Below, piece by piece: positions 11,586 to 24,479 of a stretch of 64,000 bases of DNA. The notes under the pieces are model-generated. The model was not told where the DNA came from. It searched no databases and saw only the letters and a list, made by a program, of their open reading frames with translations. Each line of letters opens with the position of its first letter. The first letter of the stretch is position 1. Made by a program: the position numbers and the translations under genes. Source of the stretch: Phoronis australis (taxonomy: Eukaryota > Animalia > Phoronida); contig NMRA01000334.1 of NCBI GenBank assembly GCA_002633005.1, forward strand, positions 276,516 to 340,515, given 5' to 3'.

Positions 11586-13927
11586 ATGTACTTGTCACAG
11601 GCTTGCCAAGTCCTTGTTTGGAGTTTAGTCACATGTGGTAAGTTGAAAGCAAGACTGTACGTGCACATCTCGAACTCAAAACTAGTTTGACATTTATTTC
11701 GGAACATTTATGTTACAGCCGTTGGCTATAATTTTACTAATGAAATGGTGCTTCTGATATTTATGGCTAGACACAAAGCAGGCGCAATATAAGAGTACAT
11801 TGAATGGTTTTGAAAAATGTAAAGGTCTCTTTATCACTCAACTTGAAATACTTTGTTGTAAAATATTAATCATCCAGTAGATTAGAATATAGGGAAAATA
11901 TATGAATCCGTATTCGACTTACTTAAGAAAAAAGGTAATGCTTCGTTATCCACTGGTGACTTCATCAAGCTTGTGGAGATGGTGGAGAATGAGTCAAACG
12001 ATCAAGGGTGAAATCTTTGGTAACATTCGATCCCAGCTCAGGTGGTTCGGGGAGGAAAGTTCGATCTTTTCATTGATGCACTCCTTTACACCACGTTCAA
12101 ACCAGTTTTTTCGTTTTCCGAGATGAGCACATCTTCAGCTACCTCCAACAAATGTCACACAGCCTTGATAAAGTCAGCAATGGCTGACGAAACGTTGTCG
12201 ATTTTTGTTCAAGAAAGTCCAGTACAGTACGCTGTATGGCTTGTTAATAAGCTGATTTTTGTAATGGTCTGAACGAAGATGGTTTCTCTCAATGTCGTTG
12301 ATTGGTCTGAATATAACTTTCGCACCATAGCCACCACAACCAAGCATCAGCACCTGCGCCAGCTACACCACCACCACCACCTCACCTCACCATCTCTTCC
12401 TCGTTTGTTCCAGGTTTGCCCGGTTGCTTTGTGGATAACGGGACTGATAGAGACTTACCCGTTCTATTATATAAAAGTACAGTCAATTCTCAAACGATCT
12501 GTAAGCAGTTTTGCGAGGAGAACAGCTACTGGTACGCTTCAGTTCAGTACGGCATGGACTGCCGGTGTGGCAATAATTACGGGAAACATGGTCAGGTGCA
12601 TGATAAAGAATGTAACACGACATGTCCTGGAGACAGTTCTCAATTGTGTGGAGGACCTACAAGAAACTGGATTATGCAAACTAAAGGTAACATGCACTTG
12701 AACTAGTAACACTACTACTGCCACCTCTGCGGCACTCAGTTACTGCCTTAAAGGGGAAGGCAATCTTTTTTCATGTCAGTTTTAGGAAAAATAAGGTTCA
12801 TTGATTATCCCAGACATATTTTTCACTTAATTACAGCTTTTCGCAATTTAATTAATAATTCGACCTCTACTGCGTAAGTGACGTTTTGGGAGGCAAGAAT
12901 ATCGCGCTTATCTCTTTTCATATAGTCCAACTGTGAGAGCTGTGGAGTCAGTCATTGTTCTACCTCGGTTGTGGTAAGTTCGGTCGTCGTTTGCGTTTGT
13001 TTACAAGTCAGTCAACATGCCATGCAGTTGCTGCTTACCTGGATGTACTCATTATTGCCCAGAGCCTGTAAGCAGCCCTGCTGCGATGTTGAGTAGTGGG
13101 AGTGAATGCAGGCCCAGTTAAACACCGAGTAAAGGGGACAGTTCGTCGTCCAATGATCTGAGCCAAACATTGATAGGTTTATTATGGAGTTGTCTAAAGT
13201 ATTGGAGCTATTTAGAAAGTGCAGGTGTTTGGCGAGGGAGTCACACGGCGGGATGTAAGGCAGTTTGTGTGCTCAGGTAACCATCCAGTGGGAGTCTGTC
13301 GCGGTACTCTCGGGCAAATGGGAGAGTTGTTCCTCTGTCCGTGAGACGATAAGGAGTACATCCCCGCACGCAGCAACAGTGTGACATGTTGACTGACTCG
13401 TAAACAAAAGCAAACGACGACCGAAAGTATAACAACCGAGGTATAGCGATGACAGACTCGGCAGCTCTCACAGTTGGTCTATATGAAAAGAAATTGGCGC
13501 GAAATTCTTGCCTCCCAAAACTTCACTTCCGAAGTAGCAGAAAAGTATTTTTTTTAAATTAAAAAAAGCTTTAATTAAGTGAAAAATATGTCTGGGATAA
13601 TCAACGAACCTTATTTTTGCTAAAAATGACATGAAAAAAGGGATGTCTTTGCCTTTAAATCAATTCTGCTACTCATTGATGTTGCGGACGATGCTGTCGT
13701 TGACATCTGCTGTTGTCACTGCACTTGTCCTACTTGTGAATTGTCGCTTCTGTTTGAGATACCAGGGTTATGTTTCTTGATTTTTATTTAGCCAGAAATT
13801 AATGATTTTTTTGCTTTTTCTCTCTGTGTGCTCCCGACCAGGCTACGGATCGCTGTCTTTTGGTATCAAAAAACGCGAGAAATGCACGTATATTCAAAGA
13901 CTCTATAACAAGATTAAAGTGATATGA
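11586..13927 (+). CDS. Predicted small secreted WSC-domain protein (~136 aa, 3 exons: 11586-11637, 12414-12686, 13842-13927)
   Basis: The middle exon is a complete WSC domain (GCFVD..RDL..C...C..YASVQYGMDCRCG..C...CPGD..QLCGG) bounded by ttccAG and AG|GTAAC, phase 1-1. The upstream exon MYLSQACQVLVWSLVTC|G ends at a phase-1 GTAAGT donor and looks like a signal peptide. The downstream exon follows a pyrimidine tract and reads GYGSLSFGIKKREKCTYIQRLYNKIKVI*. The WSC exon is secure; the flanking exons are inferred. Confidence 0.7.
11935..12200 (-). mobile_element. Penelope-like element remnant with an inverted terminal fragment
   Basis: Minus strand ~12140-12035 reads EDVLISENEK/NWFERGVKECINEKIE (one frameshift), matching the WFERGVKEAI tail of PLE GIY-YIG endonucleases. 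It is followed by a degenerate hammerhead core on the minus strand (11935-11973) and an inverted copy on the plus strand (12161-12200). Confidence 0.75.
12161..12200 (+). ncRNA. Minimal PLE-type hammerhead ribozyme-like motif (variant core)
   Basis: CTTGATAAA, then perfect stem II GTCAGC-aatg-GCTGAC, then GAAACGTT. Stem I is imperfect. Confidence 0.55.
12752..13654. mobile_element. Non-autonomous TTAA-targeting DNA transposon (Kolobok-like) with ~300-bp inverted arms
   Basis: TTAA on both flanks (12748-12751, 13655-13658) and AGG...CCT termini. Arms ~12752-13055 and ~13350-13654 are reverse complements. Each arm ends in a THAP-like start: MPCSCCLPGCT at 13017 (+) and MSHCCCVRGCT at 13387 (-). 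Confidence 0.8.
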
Positions 13928-14289
13928 TACCACCGCGGTAGCATTGCAAATCATGTTCAATTATACAATAATACCACAGAATTTAAATTTTAAACTTTTC
14001 AGTCAGTGAATATAGCAACAATATTCCATAGTATAGTCTATCTCCTGTGCACAGCTGACATTAGATTTTTTAAAAGACATGAGGTGTGAAGAATTTGATT
14101 ACCAAGTTGAACAAATGCCTCACGTATCTTTACTTTGATCGAATTTGTGTGGCCGTTACCAAATCTTCGTTATTTTGCAATATGTTGCTGTCAATTTATT
14201 AAACTCATTAAGAGCCAGGAATTTTGACAGAGCCAAAAGTAATCACTCGTTTTTCTTGTGATCTAGCTTCCGTGCTATCATTGATTAAT

Positions 14290-14820
14290 ATGCACAGCAT
14301 GGTGGGTCTCAGGCTATATGCCAGGGGACTCCGTCGAGAACCCACACCACCTAAACTGCAACAAATCACCTTTCACTGCAGAGCCAAAAATATCCCTTTG
14401 GTTATCAGTTGTGATGTCAATGCACATCACGAGGTGTGGCAAAGCACTGACACTAACCCAAGAGGTGAGGCGCTTCTAGAGTTCATTGTCAGCTTACAAC
14501 TTTTAATATGCAAAAAGGGCCATTTATTGTCAGAAACTCTGGTTAATTTGCTTGCTGTTGATGTGGTAAGTAATTGGAGAGTGTGCTCTGCTCCTTCTTT
14601 ATCTTACCTCAGATACTTCAGGTTTGAAGTGGTGACCTCTGTTGTTTCATTATTTACTGTGTACATGTGTGGGAACACCAATAAGGTGAACTGGGAACTC
14701 TATCGTTCAAAGGTTTCTAAACTCCTTTCTACTCTAGAAACAACAAATCTCAGAACTCGTTCTAATGTTAACAAATTTGTAGATGACATTAACAATGCCC
14801 TGAGCTGTTATTTAGATTCC
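14290..14820 (+). pseudogene. Fragment of a non-LTR retrotransposon AP endonuclease
   Basis: LVISCDVNAHHEVWQSTDTNPRGEALLEFI matches the GDFNAHH..W..TN.RG APE motif; later NWRV and VNWELY. Truncated, with no RT attached. Confidence 0.8.
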
Positions 14821-15494
14821 GATATGCATGATTTGCTAGCTGTGTCCCCACTGTGACGCTTTGTACGTGTTATGGTTGGCATGAAAAATAAAAACATATT
14901 TACGACATCAGGCTATTCTCATCTACATGTATATGTTAAATAATGTAGTTGTTTCGAGCGGCAAATTAATCCAAACCCCAACGACGAGTACGTTGAACCT
15001 TTATAAGAGGGTTTACTGTAGTTTTATTTTGTTTAGGAAAAATAGAATGAGAAATTCATTAATAATCCACGCACGACATCTGAAAATCTAATGCCTCATG
15101 TAACTGGAGAAATGCATAACTCTTAAACGCTGCACTTGTCAACAATTCGATCGTTTAAGAGCCAGTACACTGTACATGACACGCTATCGTAGAAGGTGCG
15201 AGCTCAGCTTGATATGCACTCAAGGTCAATTTATTGTTTGTTCATCTGCTTTGTAAGTCGACATCGCAGTGAAACAATTAAAAGTACGAATCAGTGGTAA
15301 TTTATAGATTAAGATAAAGCTCAGAAGCTTTGTGTCCACATTGTAAACGTTTAGAAACGTAGGATGAACGAAAATGGCCCACTCTAGAAAAATGGCCGCC
15401 AAGTTTTTTCTGATTTCGAAACTGCACAAGTGTGGCAAGTTCAGCGATGATATGACAGTTTGAATCTGTGAACTATCGCAACGAGAAGGGTCCA

Positions 15495-15720
15495 GTGCCC
15501 GGTTGCATGAAACAATCCCAGATAGGGACTCAACTAAGTTCCCTAAATCTACTGCGTATTTGTGGGCCTATAACAGCACCGATTAACCTGTCTTATGCAG
15601 TTTACGTCTCTTAACTAAGTAAATTTTTGGCTTTAATAAACATCGAAAATAAACTATATGTTGAATTCTCAATATTATTAAAAATAATGAAGTGGAGAAC
15701 TTTTCATGCAACACTCCTGG
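15495..15720. mobile_element. Short degenerate MITE
   Basis: Inverted ends GTTGCATGAAA ... TTTCATGCAAC. Confidence 0.4.
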
Positions 15721-18700
15721 TTTAAGGAAGTCTCTAATTATTTTGATCAAATGAAGGGATTAGTTTTTAGTTACTGTACTATTCGAAAAAGGTTATTAGT
15801 CAAAAATGAGCTCATACTAAAGTGCTTAAAGAACAGAAAAAAAAAATACGAAAAAGAACACACGTCATGCTTGTGGCTTTTTTATTTGTGGCGTTTTGGA
15901 ACGCAAATACATATTATGGGAAGATTTTTGTGAGCCCTTGAGTGTGTATTCGTCTTAGCAGAAACTACTTGCCCTGCCAAGATAATGTATAATGAGCACA
16001 GTCTAACAATAGTTTATAACTTAATGATGCTGCGTGTGTGATATATCATTTAAAATGACGTACACGATTCTTGCACTGAAATTTACCATAAATGTATGCC
16101 GTATACATAATGTTTTCCCACAAATCTTAATCATTGATCACAAGCCCACTCACGTTTGTGGAGTGATCAAAAACGAAGAAAATGACCAATTATCTAACGA
16201 AAGCTTCATGGACGGAGACAAAAGCGACATAGAAGGATTGAACTTACTGAACAAAAAAAAAACTGTTTTGTGTAACTGTTTTCCTGTGGTTGTCCTGAAG
16301 GACATTTACCTCGTCGGTGTACGCATGTGTAGCTTAGTACTGCATGGTGATTGAAAAATCAAACTTGCGTCAGTTATAGTTTTCATTGGCTTCAAGTTTC
16401 AATGCCAGTGAACACTTTAATGCGCAAAAACGGAACGGATCACTTTGAAACCGACTCTATCGTAATGCTTGACCATTAAAACGTAGTTAAATGTACTTAT
16501 TTACTTATTTTATTCAAGTGCAGGAAAACAGAGAAAACTCAGTAATTGCGACTCTAATTTGCATAAATAACATACCCTACGAGGGAATTTTTTGTCCTTC
16601 GTGTTGTCATCAATTTCCATTTTCACACCTACACTAACGTCCTTCACAAAATCACGGGGCTATTTCCGATTCAAATTTCCCTACTTAAGTTATATAAAGG
16701 TACACCCTTTATCACCGCCTGTAATCTCGTTCCAGCATTTTGTTGGCAGTATCAAGAAGAATTTGACAGAACCCTAGCAGAACGTGACGGAGCTCAGCTT
16801 TTCAAGTTAAGAACAAGGATATTATTTGAGATTGTTTCTGCCATCCCTATGAACGTTAGAGTCATTCGTCGCGTTGAATCCATTCGCCACACGATAGCAT
16901 GCATGGCGTTGTGTATGAAGGACATTTGTTGCGAGTACACGATACATTTGCCTGTCGGAACATGCGTATTACTACGGAAATGAATGCAATTTAAGTGAAA
17001 CGTGCCTGCAAGTTGCTATCCATAAAACGCCAAACTTCATCTTCTGGATGATGTGTAAATAAATTATAGCGTAACGACAACGGAATGCTGCATATCACTT
17101 GCTAAGTGACACACTGTAGTTCTATTCTCATGTTGCTGTTATCCAATATACAGCACACATCACGATTTTTTGTCCGACCTGTCGTCTAATTTTTAGGCGA
17201 CCGGTAGCCGGGCCGGTGTCGCGTAAAATTTCTTCCCCGTGAAATTTCTTCCCAATCCGACTTTGCGCATGCACAAATTGGTCAGGTTGGCATCCGGTCT
17301 TGGGAGCGTGAAATATCTTCCCAAGGCACTTCTGTACGCTACTGTGAGACAGTTGAGTCGTTATCATACAGTATGAAAATTAAGCCGACCCACCAGCCGA
17401 CTCTACAGCCGACCTTAATTGCCGATCGGCCATCAGCCGACCTGCTAGTCGGCAGCAGTCTCAAAGTTTTGGACCTGTTGACTAAAAAAAAAAACGGTAT
17501 ACGGGGTTTGTTCAGGCCTATGCATTGTTTATCCGTGTGCTAGTCAGCAATTCGCACCCGAACTCCCAAATGGTATCTGGTAGAATTTTAGAGGAGGGGG
17601 AGGGCATGGCCCCCTTGGCAACCCCCTAAATGCACCACTGAGGCTACTACCCATTCTAGCCTTGCGCATTCCGTTTTCATGCATCGGTGACGGTAAAATC
17701 TGCTCTAGTTACGTGTATCAGTTGATCTTTGACGTTGTTCCAAAAACAAATATTTTCTGTCAACTACATATTGACAAATTGTATGAAATAAAACAATTTT
17801 GAACGGGAAGATGCGATTACGTGGTGAAGAGGTGTTTGTCTCTACGCGGCATTTGTGCGTGAATCTTTGGTAAAGCAAATGCGATGTCGAAAAAATGAAA
17901 GGAAATACACCAAGGTACCCGTTTTGTGAAGCAATGCGTCTGGTGATGTTTATAGCGCATGATCTGGCCTCCTTAGGTAGTAAGTGACGCTGAATGATAT
18001 CTGGCAACTATGGTTCCAAAATAAAAATATCACGCTTGTATTCCCCCCCCCCCTTCTCCCCGAGTTCAGCACCTTCCAATGAGTCATCACGCCAGATTTG
18101 GTTCAGTTTCAAACCTATAATCGCAGAATCATTCTTCTGTGGTCAGCTGTAACGAGACCTACAATTTTTAGAACGGTGCTCAATCTCAAAAAAACTTCCA
18201 GCACGAGAGTGCTTTGTCAGAAATCCCAAGCACATGTAGCGTTCTAAGACAACGACGTTTTCGTTTTCGTATGTCCACAAAAGTGCTTTGAGCAGCGTGT
18301 ACAGATTTGTTCATTTCGTTTATCTACACGAATATATCTAACACGGTGTTTTGAAAAAGTCCATTTTTGATTTTTTTTTCCAAAAATTAACATGTTTGGT
18401 TGATGCATTCAGTCAGTGCCACGTCGTACATCAAATGTAGGGGAGAGTTACCGGTTCCGTACCAGTTATCGTCGTACCACGTCATTTCCCGCCAAACTAC
18501 GGCCAGTCAATGAATGTATACCGTGTTTATTGAAATACCTTTAAGCAGTCATTAGTTTTAGCAGAATTATTAAAGTTTGACTTGTGGCAATATTTCGTAG
18601 CGTTTTAAGACACAAGTTCATGTTGACGTCATTCAGCACTTAATTCCAAAATCCAACTGCGCCAACGCCATTGATATTTGTCAAGTTTGATATATGTAAT

Positions 18701-18994
18701 CCCCTCTTGTTGCACCAAATAACTACAGATGGTTTCTAGAACGTTCTGATGTTTCGATTTACGTTTAGCAATTATAAAAGACGAAACGTGATGTAATTAC
18801 AGAAATTCATAAGCAGTAATAGAATGGCTGCAGGACGGGATTAAACTGGAAACCTCTGGTACAACACTTCGGGGCGGCAGGTGGCACCAGTGGATTATTA
18901 AATAAAATGTGTTTGCCTGCCTTACATGTACTTGAATGTAATATTTCTGATGCTAAAACGTTTAGTGTGTCGCCTCTCCCTCCTCCCTCCTCCC

Positions 18995-19148
18995 TAATGG
19001 CGGATTTAGAGGGGGGCCAAGGGGGCCATGGCCCTCCTAAAATTCTTCCAGATTAAATTATGGTAATTCGGGGTGTAGGTGTCTGACAGGCAAATTCCCA
19101 GATAATACTCTGCCCCGCCCCCAACTCAAAATCCTGGATCTGCCCCTG
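18995..19148 (-). mobile_element. MITE of a CAG(G/T)GGCGGAT-ended family (probably hAT/Tip100-like)
   Basis: Inverted termini TGGCGGATTTAG ... GGATCTGCCCCTG. Reverse-complement sibling of 36802-36954; related to copies at 17470-17640, 30898-31220 and 40785-41102. TSD not recognisable. Confidence 0.7.
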
Positions 19149-19892
19149 GTCAAGGTTTTGCAGCACTAACTGGAGCATAGAACAGATATTACGTATTTGC
19201 TTGAGTAGACTTGAGTACGTGGGGCCGAAGTTAATAAAGTGATTAACTCGAACCAGTCTTCAGTCTATCGTCGCACCGAAAGCTACTAGACAACGGCCAG
19301 CGATAACCTGTGTCCGTCCATCCAAGGAATAAACCGCGTGTTCATTATAAAATTTGCAAACAGATGCGTGCCGACTAAGTACGTTTTATGAATAAAACGG
19401 ATTAAAAGACGAATATAGACGCGCACCCATATTAAAACCGCAATTTCTTGTTTTCTCTTATCATTCTTTTATTGATTTTGTGGACAACTCCATACCAAAT
19501 TGTCTGTCAGGATAAATTAACACGTCACTGATTTTGTGTGGCATTTCTGTTCGGTCATGTTATTGACACCTCTCACTTACTATAATATTGAATTTAATTT
19601 CTAGGCACTTGCTCTGTTCTCTGTCAGTCAGGTGCAGAATCTACAACTACATGTGATTTTTGTTGTAGGTTTCAGAATGATTCCCCATATCATTAATTAG
19701 TTATTACTGTTTTAGCTTGCCCGTGAAAAAGTCCCGTTGAGCACTGTCTGTCACCATAATTTAGTTCATAATGGGTTTCAAGTTGAAATAATCCCTGTGA
19801 AAACTGGTGTTTCAATCTGTGAGAAAGTTAACTTCAATTCAGAAGACACCACCGAACACATGAGCTAATCAGTCATTACTGGGTGGCCTATA

Positions 19893-22800
19893 TTGGTAAG
19901 CACTTACAGCCTTATATCAATTCTAAAACGTGTTACAGCAAAGTTATCCATAGTGAGAGATCTTCAATACATCTTTTTTGCTTTCTTCAGCGAATTTGAG
20001 TGTTCAAACTTTTATTTTCCCCTTTCTTTTGTCCATTACTATTTGGTCATATTTCCTCTGTACATATCTTTAGGTCAATCATTATCTATGTGTTTTGTAT
20101 TCACTTGCAACAGAACTAACTGGTTTCCCAAGATTGAATTCATATGTTGTGCTTTTCAACTAAGTTGCTATTTATGTACCTGTAGGCGAGCCTATGATAT
20201 AATTTTGTTTTTTAAAAATGACTCCCCTAATTGTCCAGACTACCTTATTCATTTAACAACCCTTGAATTTTCATTAAGCATTGATGTATTAATTGTTAAA
20301 TACGGCTATCCATTGAGTGCCTCGAGTAGTGTGAGTTTCTCTGGTCTTACAATGTTTTTCCCGCATGGTCACGGTTCAATTCTTCTCACGGGCATCGAAT
20401 GAGATATCACACTATGCGGGTTCAGCTTTTACTGATGTGCCTTACTATTGTTTACATAACACCTGTATGGATTACGGAATCGTCATTGGCATGTGCCTCC
20501 TTTTAGCTGGCGATGTTGAAGAAAATCCTGGGCCTGAAGACAATACTACCTTTAAAATCTTATTTACAAATATTAACAGCATTAAATCCAACAATTTCTC
20601 CAGATTCCAACTTCTAAAAAACTTTGTTCTGTCTTACGATTATATGATTGTCGCTCTTTGTGAAACTTGGAATGTTACCAAAGACGACCTTGATAATGAA
20701 CTAATCATTCCTGGTTACAGTGTAGCCTATCACAGTAACAGTGGCCGTGGCATCATCTTATTCACTAAAAACACACTCTCATTTAAATTATGTCCTAGCT
20801 TAACTTGTCCTCAGTTATGCAACTGCTGGATCGAAATTTATTTCGATCACAGAAAAGTTTACTATGGGTTGTTTTATCGCTCAACTTCTCAATCTCCAAC
20901 TGAAAGAAAACTCTACTTCAAAGCCCTAGCCGATCAGTTTACGGAACTTAACTGCAATAGCGTTAGTATAATCATAAATGGTGATTTCAATGCCCGAAAC
21001 TCTACATGGTACAATGATGATCATGACAATACAGCCGGACTACAATTGTTTGATATCTTATTGTCTAATGACTGCATACAGCTAATTAATGAGCCAACCC
21101 GTATCACCGACGTTCATTCATGTATTGATCTCTGTATAACAAACAATGTGTGTATCATTGACTCATGTTCTGTACTACCTCCTGATGGCAATTCTGATCA
21201 CCATACAATCGAAAGCACTCTAACACCTAAAAAAACGGTTAAAGAACAACACACGTACCACTCGAACCAATTGAAAATATGACCAAGTAGACACCGATAA
21301 ATTGCGTCAGGATATCACCAACACTGACTGGGATTCCATATTGAACACTGGCGACATTGATGACACTGTTTCACTCTTCACTAGTACTCTCTATGAAATT
21401 TTAAAAAACAACTTCCCATCAACTGAAAAGATAATTAAACACAACAGCCAACCGTGGTTCACCAATAATGTTAAACGGGAAATCCGCACAAGGAACAGAC
21501 TTTACAGCTCTGTCAGAAGATCTAACAACACTATAATCTACAGCAGATACAAGGAACAGTCACGTCTGGTTGAAACTTTTGTAAATCAAGCCAAAGCTGA
21601 TCACCGCCACAAGCTTTTTCAACAAATTAACAGCGCAAGCAAGAACTCCAAAGAATACTGGAACATCATCAATAAAATACGCGGCAGTCAACAACAATCC
21701 TCTTATCCTGTCATCAACCATAATGGTAACCTAGCCTCAAGTAGTAGTGACAAGTATGATTTGTTTCTAAATGTTTCACGAACAAAAGCCACATTACACC
21801 AACTGAAGTTAGTAACTTTCCCTTTCTTCGTGAACGTTGTCTCAATCAACTGTCTGACATCCCGGCTAATCAAACTGATGTCCGGAAGTATCTCAATGAA
21901 ATTGACCTCAATAAGAATGATGGCACAGCTTTAATAACCAGCAAGATGATCAAAATGATTGCCAAAGAAATTACCTTGCCCCTGACCAATCTGTTTAACA
22001 AACTTCTTCAGCTAGGTATATATCCGTCTTCTTGGAAACATGGAATTATGGTCCCTATACACAAAAAAGGCTCCAAAACTGAAATTTCAAATTATCGCCC
22101 AATAACATTACTTAACACCCTGTCCAAAATCTTCGAGAAGATCATTGCTCAAAGTATTCTTAAATTTCTCAAACAAAACAACTTGATCTATCATCGTCAA
22201 TTTGTTTTTTTTTGCGTGGGAACAGTACCGTGGCACAACTTATTGAAATAGTACATGAGATTCATTTACATTTTGAGAAGGGCGAGAGTGTCAGGTCTAT
22301 TTTTCTAGATATAGCTTCTGCTTTCGACTGTGTTCCTCACGACCTTCTACTTCACAAACTTCGATCCTATAGCATTACTAGTAATCTTTTTAACATGATC
22401 ACCTCATATCTCTCCGAAAGAACATACAGTGTTCGTGTCGACGGCGTACTTTATCCCCTCCTGGATCTGTAAACGCGGGTGTACCTCAGGGTAGCGTATT
22501 GGGCACTCTTCTCTTCTTGGTTTATATTAATGACCTTCCTGATAACCTGTCATGTAGCACATACCTTCATGCAGATGACACGGCGATTTTTACCCCTTCG
22601 CATGGAGCAGCCCTGAATGTTCTTTGCAGCTTCAACACGACTTAAATAAACTCAGCTATTGGTTACAAGAATGGAGAATGAATTTTAAACCAGAAAAAAA
22701 GTCTTGACCTCACCTTCTCCAAATCTATTAATGCTCTCTTCCTTGTTGACCCGTCTTATGACCTTAAACTTAATGATGAAACCATTCCTAGAAAACAGTC

Positions 22801-24000
22801 GCACAGACATCTGGGTATACTGTTAGATGAAAAACTCTCATTCACCCCTCCCGTTCGGGACTCGTACAAAAAACTCAGGAACTCATTAACCCACTTAAGC
22901 TTGTCTCTCATCATCTGAATTCTACACATTTAGAAGTTTTGTTCAAATCCTTTATACTTCAACACATTGATAATTGTGATATTATATATCAGTCCGCTAA
23001 TACGGGTACACTCCAACATTTGGAGAAGTTACAATATCAAGCTGCCTTACTCATAACCGGAGGTTACAGGGGATCCAATAGTGTTAAGGTTTTGAATAGT
23101 CTCAAGTGGTCCAAACTGTCTACTCGACGCAATCTTCACATGACCACATTTACTTTCAAGGTAATAAACAATGTCAACAACGTTTCTGTCAAAAAAATAT
23201 TTGATCTATACACTAGACAAGGCCATCGTTGTGATTTGCAATTCCTCCGTCGTTCAGTCAGGCATTCAGAAGGTCTACAGTCATGATGTGCATCAACAAC
23301 TGGAATTCTCTTCCAGTCTCTGTTAAGGAAAGCAACTCTTTTACGAGTATAAAAAGTAATTTTAGAACTGTTTTTCATAATTTTGATAACTCAACACCCT
23401 TGACTCAATTCTCCCTTACCCGCGATAACGAAATAGCATTGTACAGATCAAGATGTGGCCTTTTCGTCAACTCTGACAAGTTCAGGCACAACTTGAGTAG
23501 TGTCTCTCCAAACTGTAAATGTGGTGACCATCAATTTTATCCTCATATTTTCTTCAAATGTCACCTCATCGAATACCTGAGAGACTCACTCTTTCGTGCA
23601 CTCAATGAAAACCAATCAATTGTTAACGCTCTCAATTCTTGTAATAATTTCCCTACTAGAGTTACATTATTATTGAATGGTAGTCCTAACCTTGACCTCG
23701 TTCTCAACGAATTCCTCCTAAGCAACGTTAGTAAATTTTTATGTACCGTTTATCAATATTGTTGCATCTAATTTCCATACATGAATCTGTACATATTTTT
23801 GTTTTTATACATTTGTAATAGCATATCTAAGTATTGGAGTACTTATATTAGATACTACTTACCTTTATGTATATTAGTTTCATCTATTAATTGTTTACAA
23901 CCCAGATACATGTATAATGCTTCGCGGTTTCTGGGTTTGTTATTATTTCTTTGTATGTTCTGTGTATTCTTCAATAAATATTTATATCACTTTAAAAAAA
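19893..24000 (+). mobile_element. Non-LTR retrotransposon (CR1/L2 group) with 2A peptide, APE and RT; decayed
   Basis: LLLAGDVEENPGP precedes the APE (TNINS, LCETW, GDFNA, IDL, SDH). RT motifs [26 protein letters not shown] and HADDT. C-terminal CKCG..H..C. AATAAA near 23973 and an A-run at 23994-24000. Many frameshifts. The 5' boundary is uncertain and may lie near 19474. Confidence 0.92.
20365..23771 (+). pseudogene. Fragmented 2A-APE-RT ORF of the LINE
   Basis: Collinear ORF pieces 20365-21282, 21302-21934, 21946-22251, 22212-22472, 22939-23286 and 23283-23771. Confidence 0.9.
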
Positions 24001-24479
24001 TCTTTTATTCATATCATGACTGCAGTGCAATGAACATAAGTTTTTCATAAGCTCATTCGTTCACACATTCCGATGAGAAAACCAACCAGTTTCCTATCTT
24101 AAGAGTGCAGTGCACTTCAGACCAGACAAAAAGCCATAAGTGGGTGATATACCCTATGTCACGGAATTGGATAGTACTATGCGTTGAAGTTTACTTGCTT
24201 ATGTTATGTTACTAAAATGTAGTTTAATACAATTCCTACCCTGATAAATAGTTTAAAAGTTGGGCACATCAGTTTTCGCTCAAAATCAGTGTCAAATTTT
24301 AACATGAAATCTCATTTTTGTGGTATTGTAAAAATTATAGAAGCTTCTGGACAGTGAAATAGTTTGTGTTATGGATTAACTCATCAATGGTCTCAGTAAT
24401 AATAATAAATAGAAATTGGAAACATTGCTTGAAATTTCTGAGGATAATTAACGGGGACAAAAAAGCTAAAACACAGGAA

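Noticed and set aside
12279-12701. His-rich ORF overlapping the WSC exon
   Set aside because: The His run comes from an intronic (CAC)n microsatellite, and the ORF is out of frame with the WSC domain.
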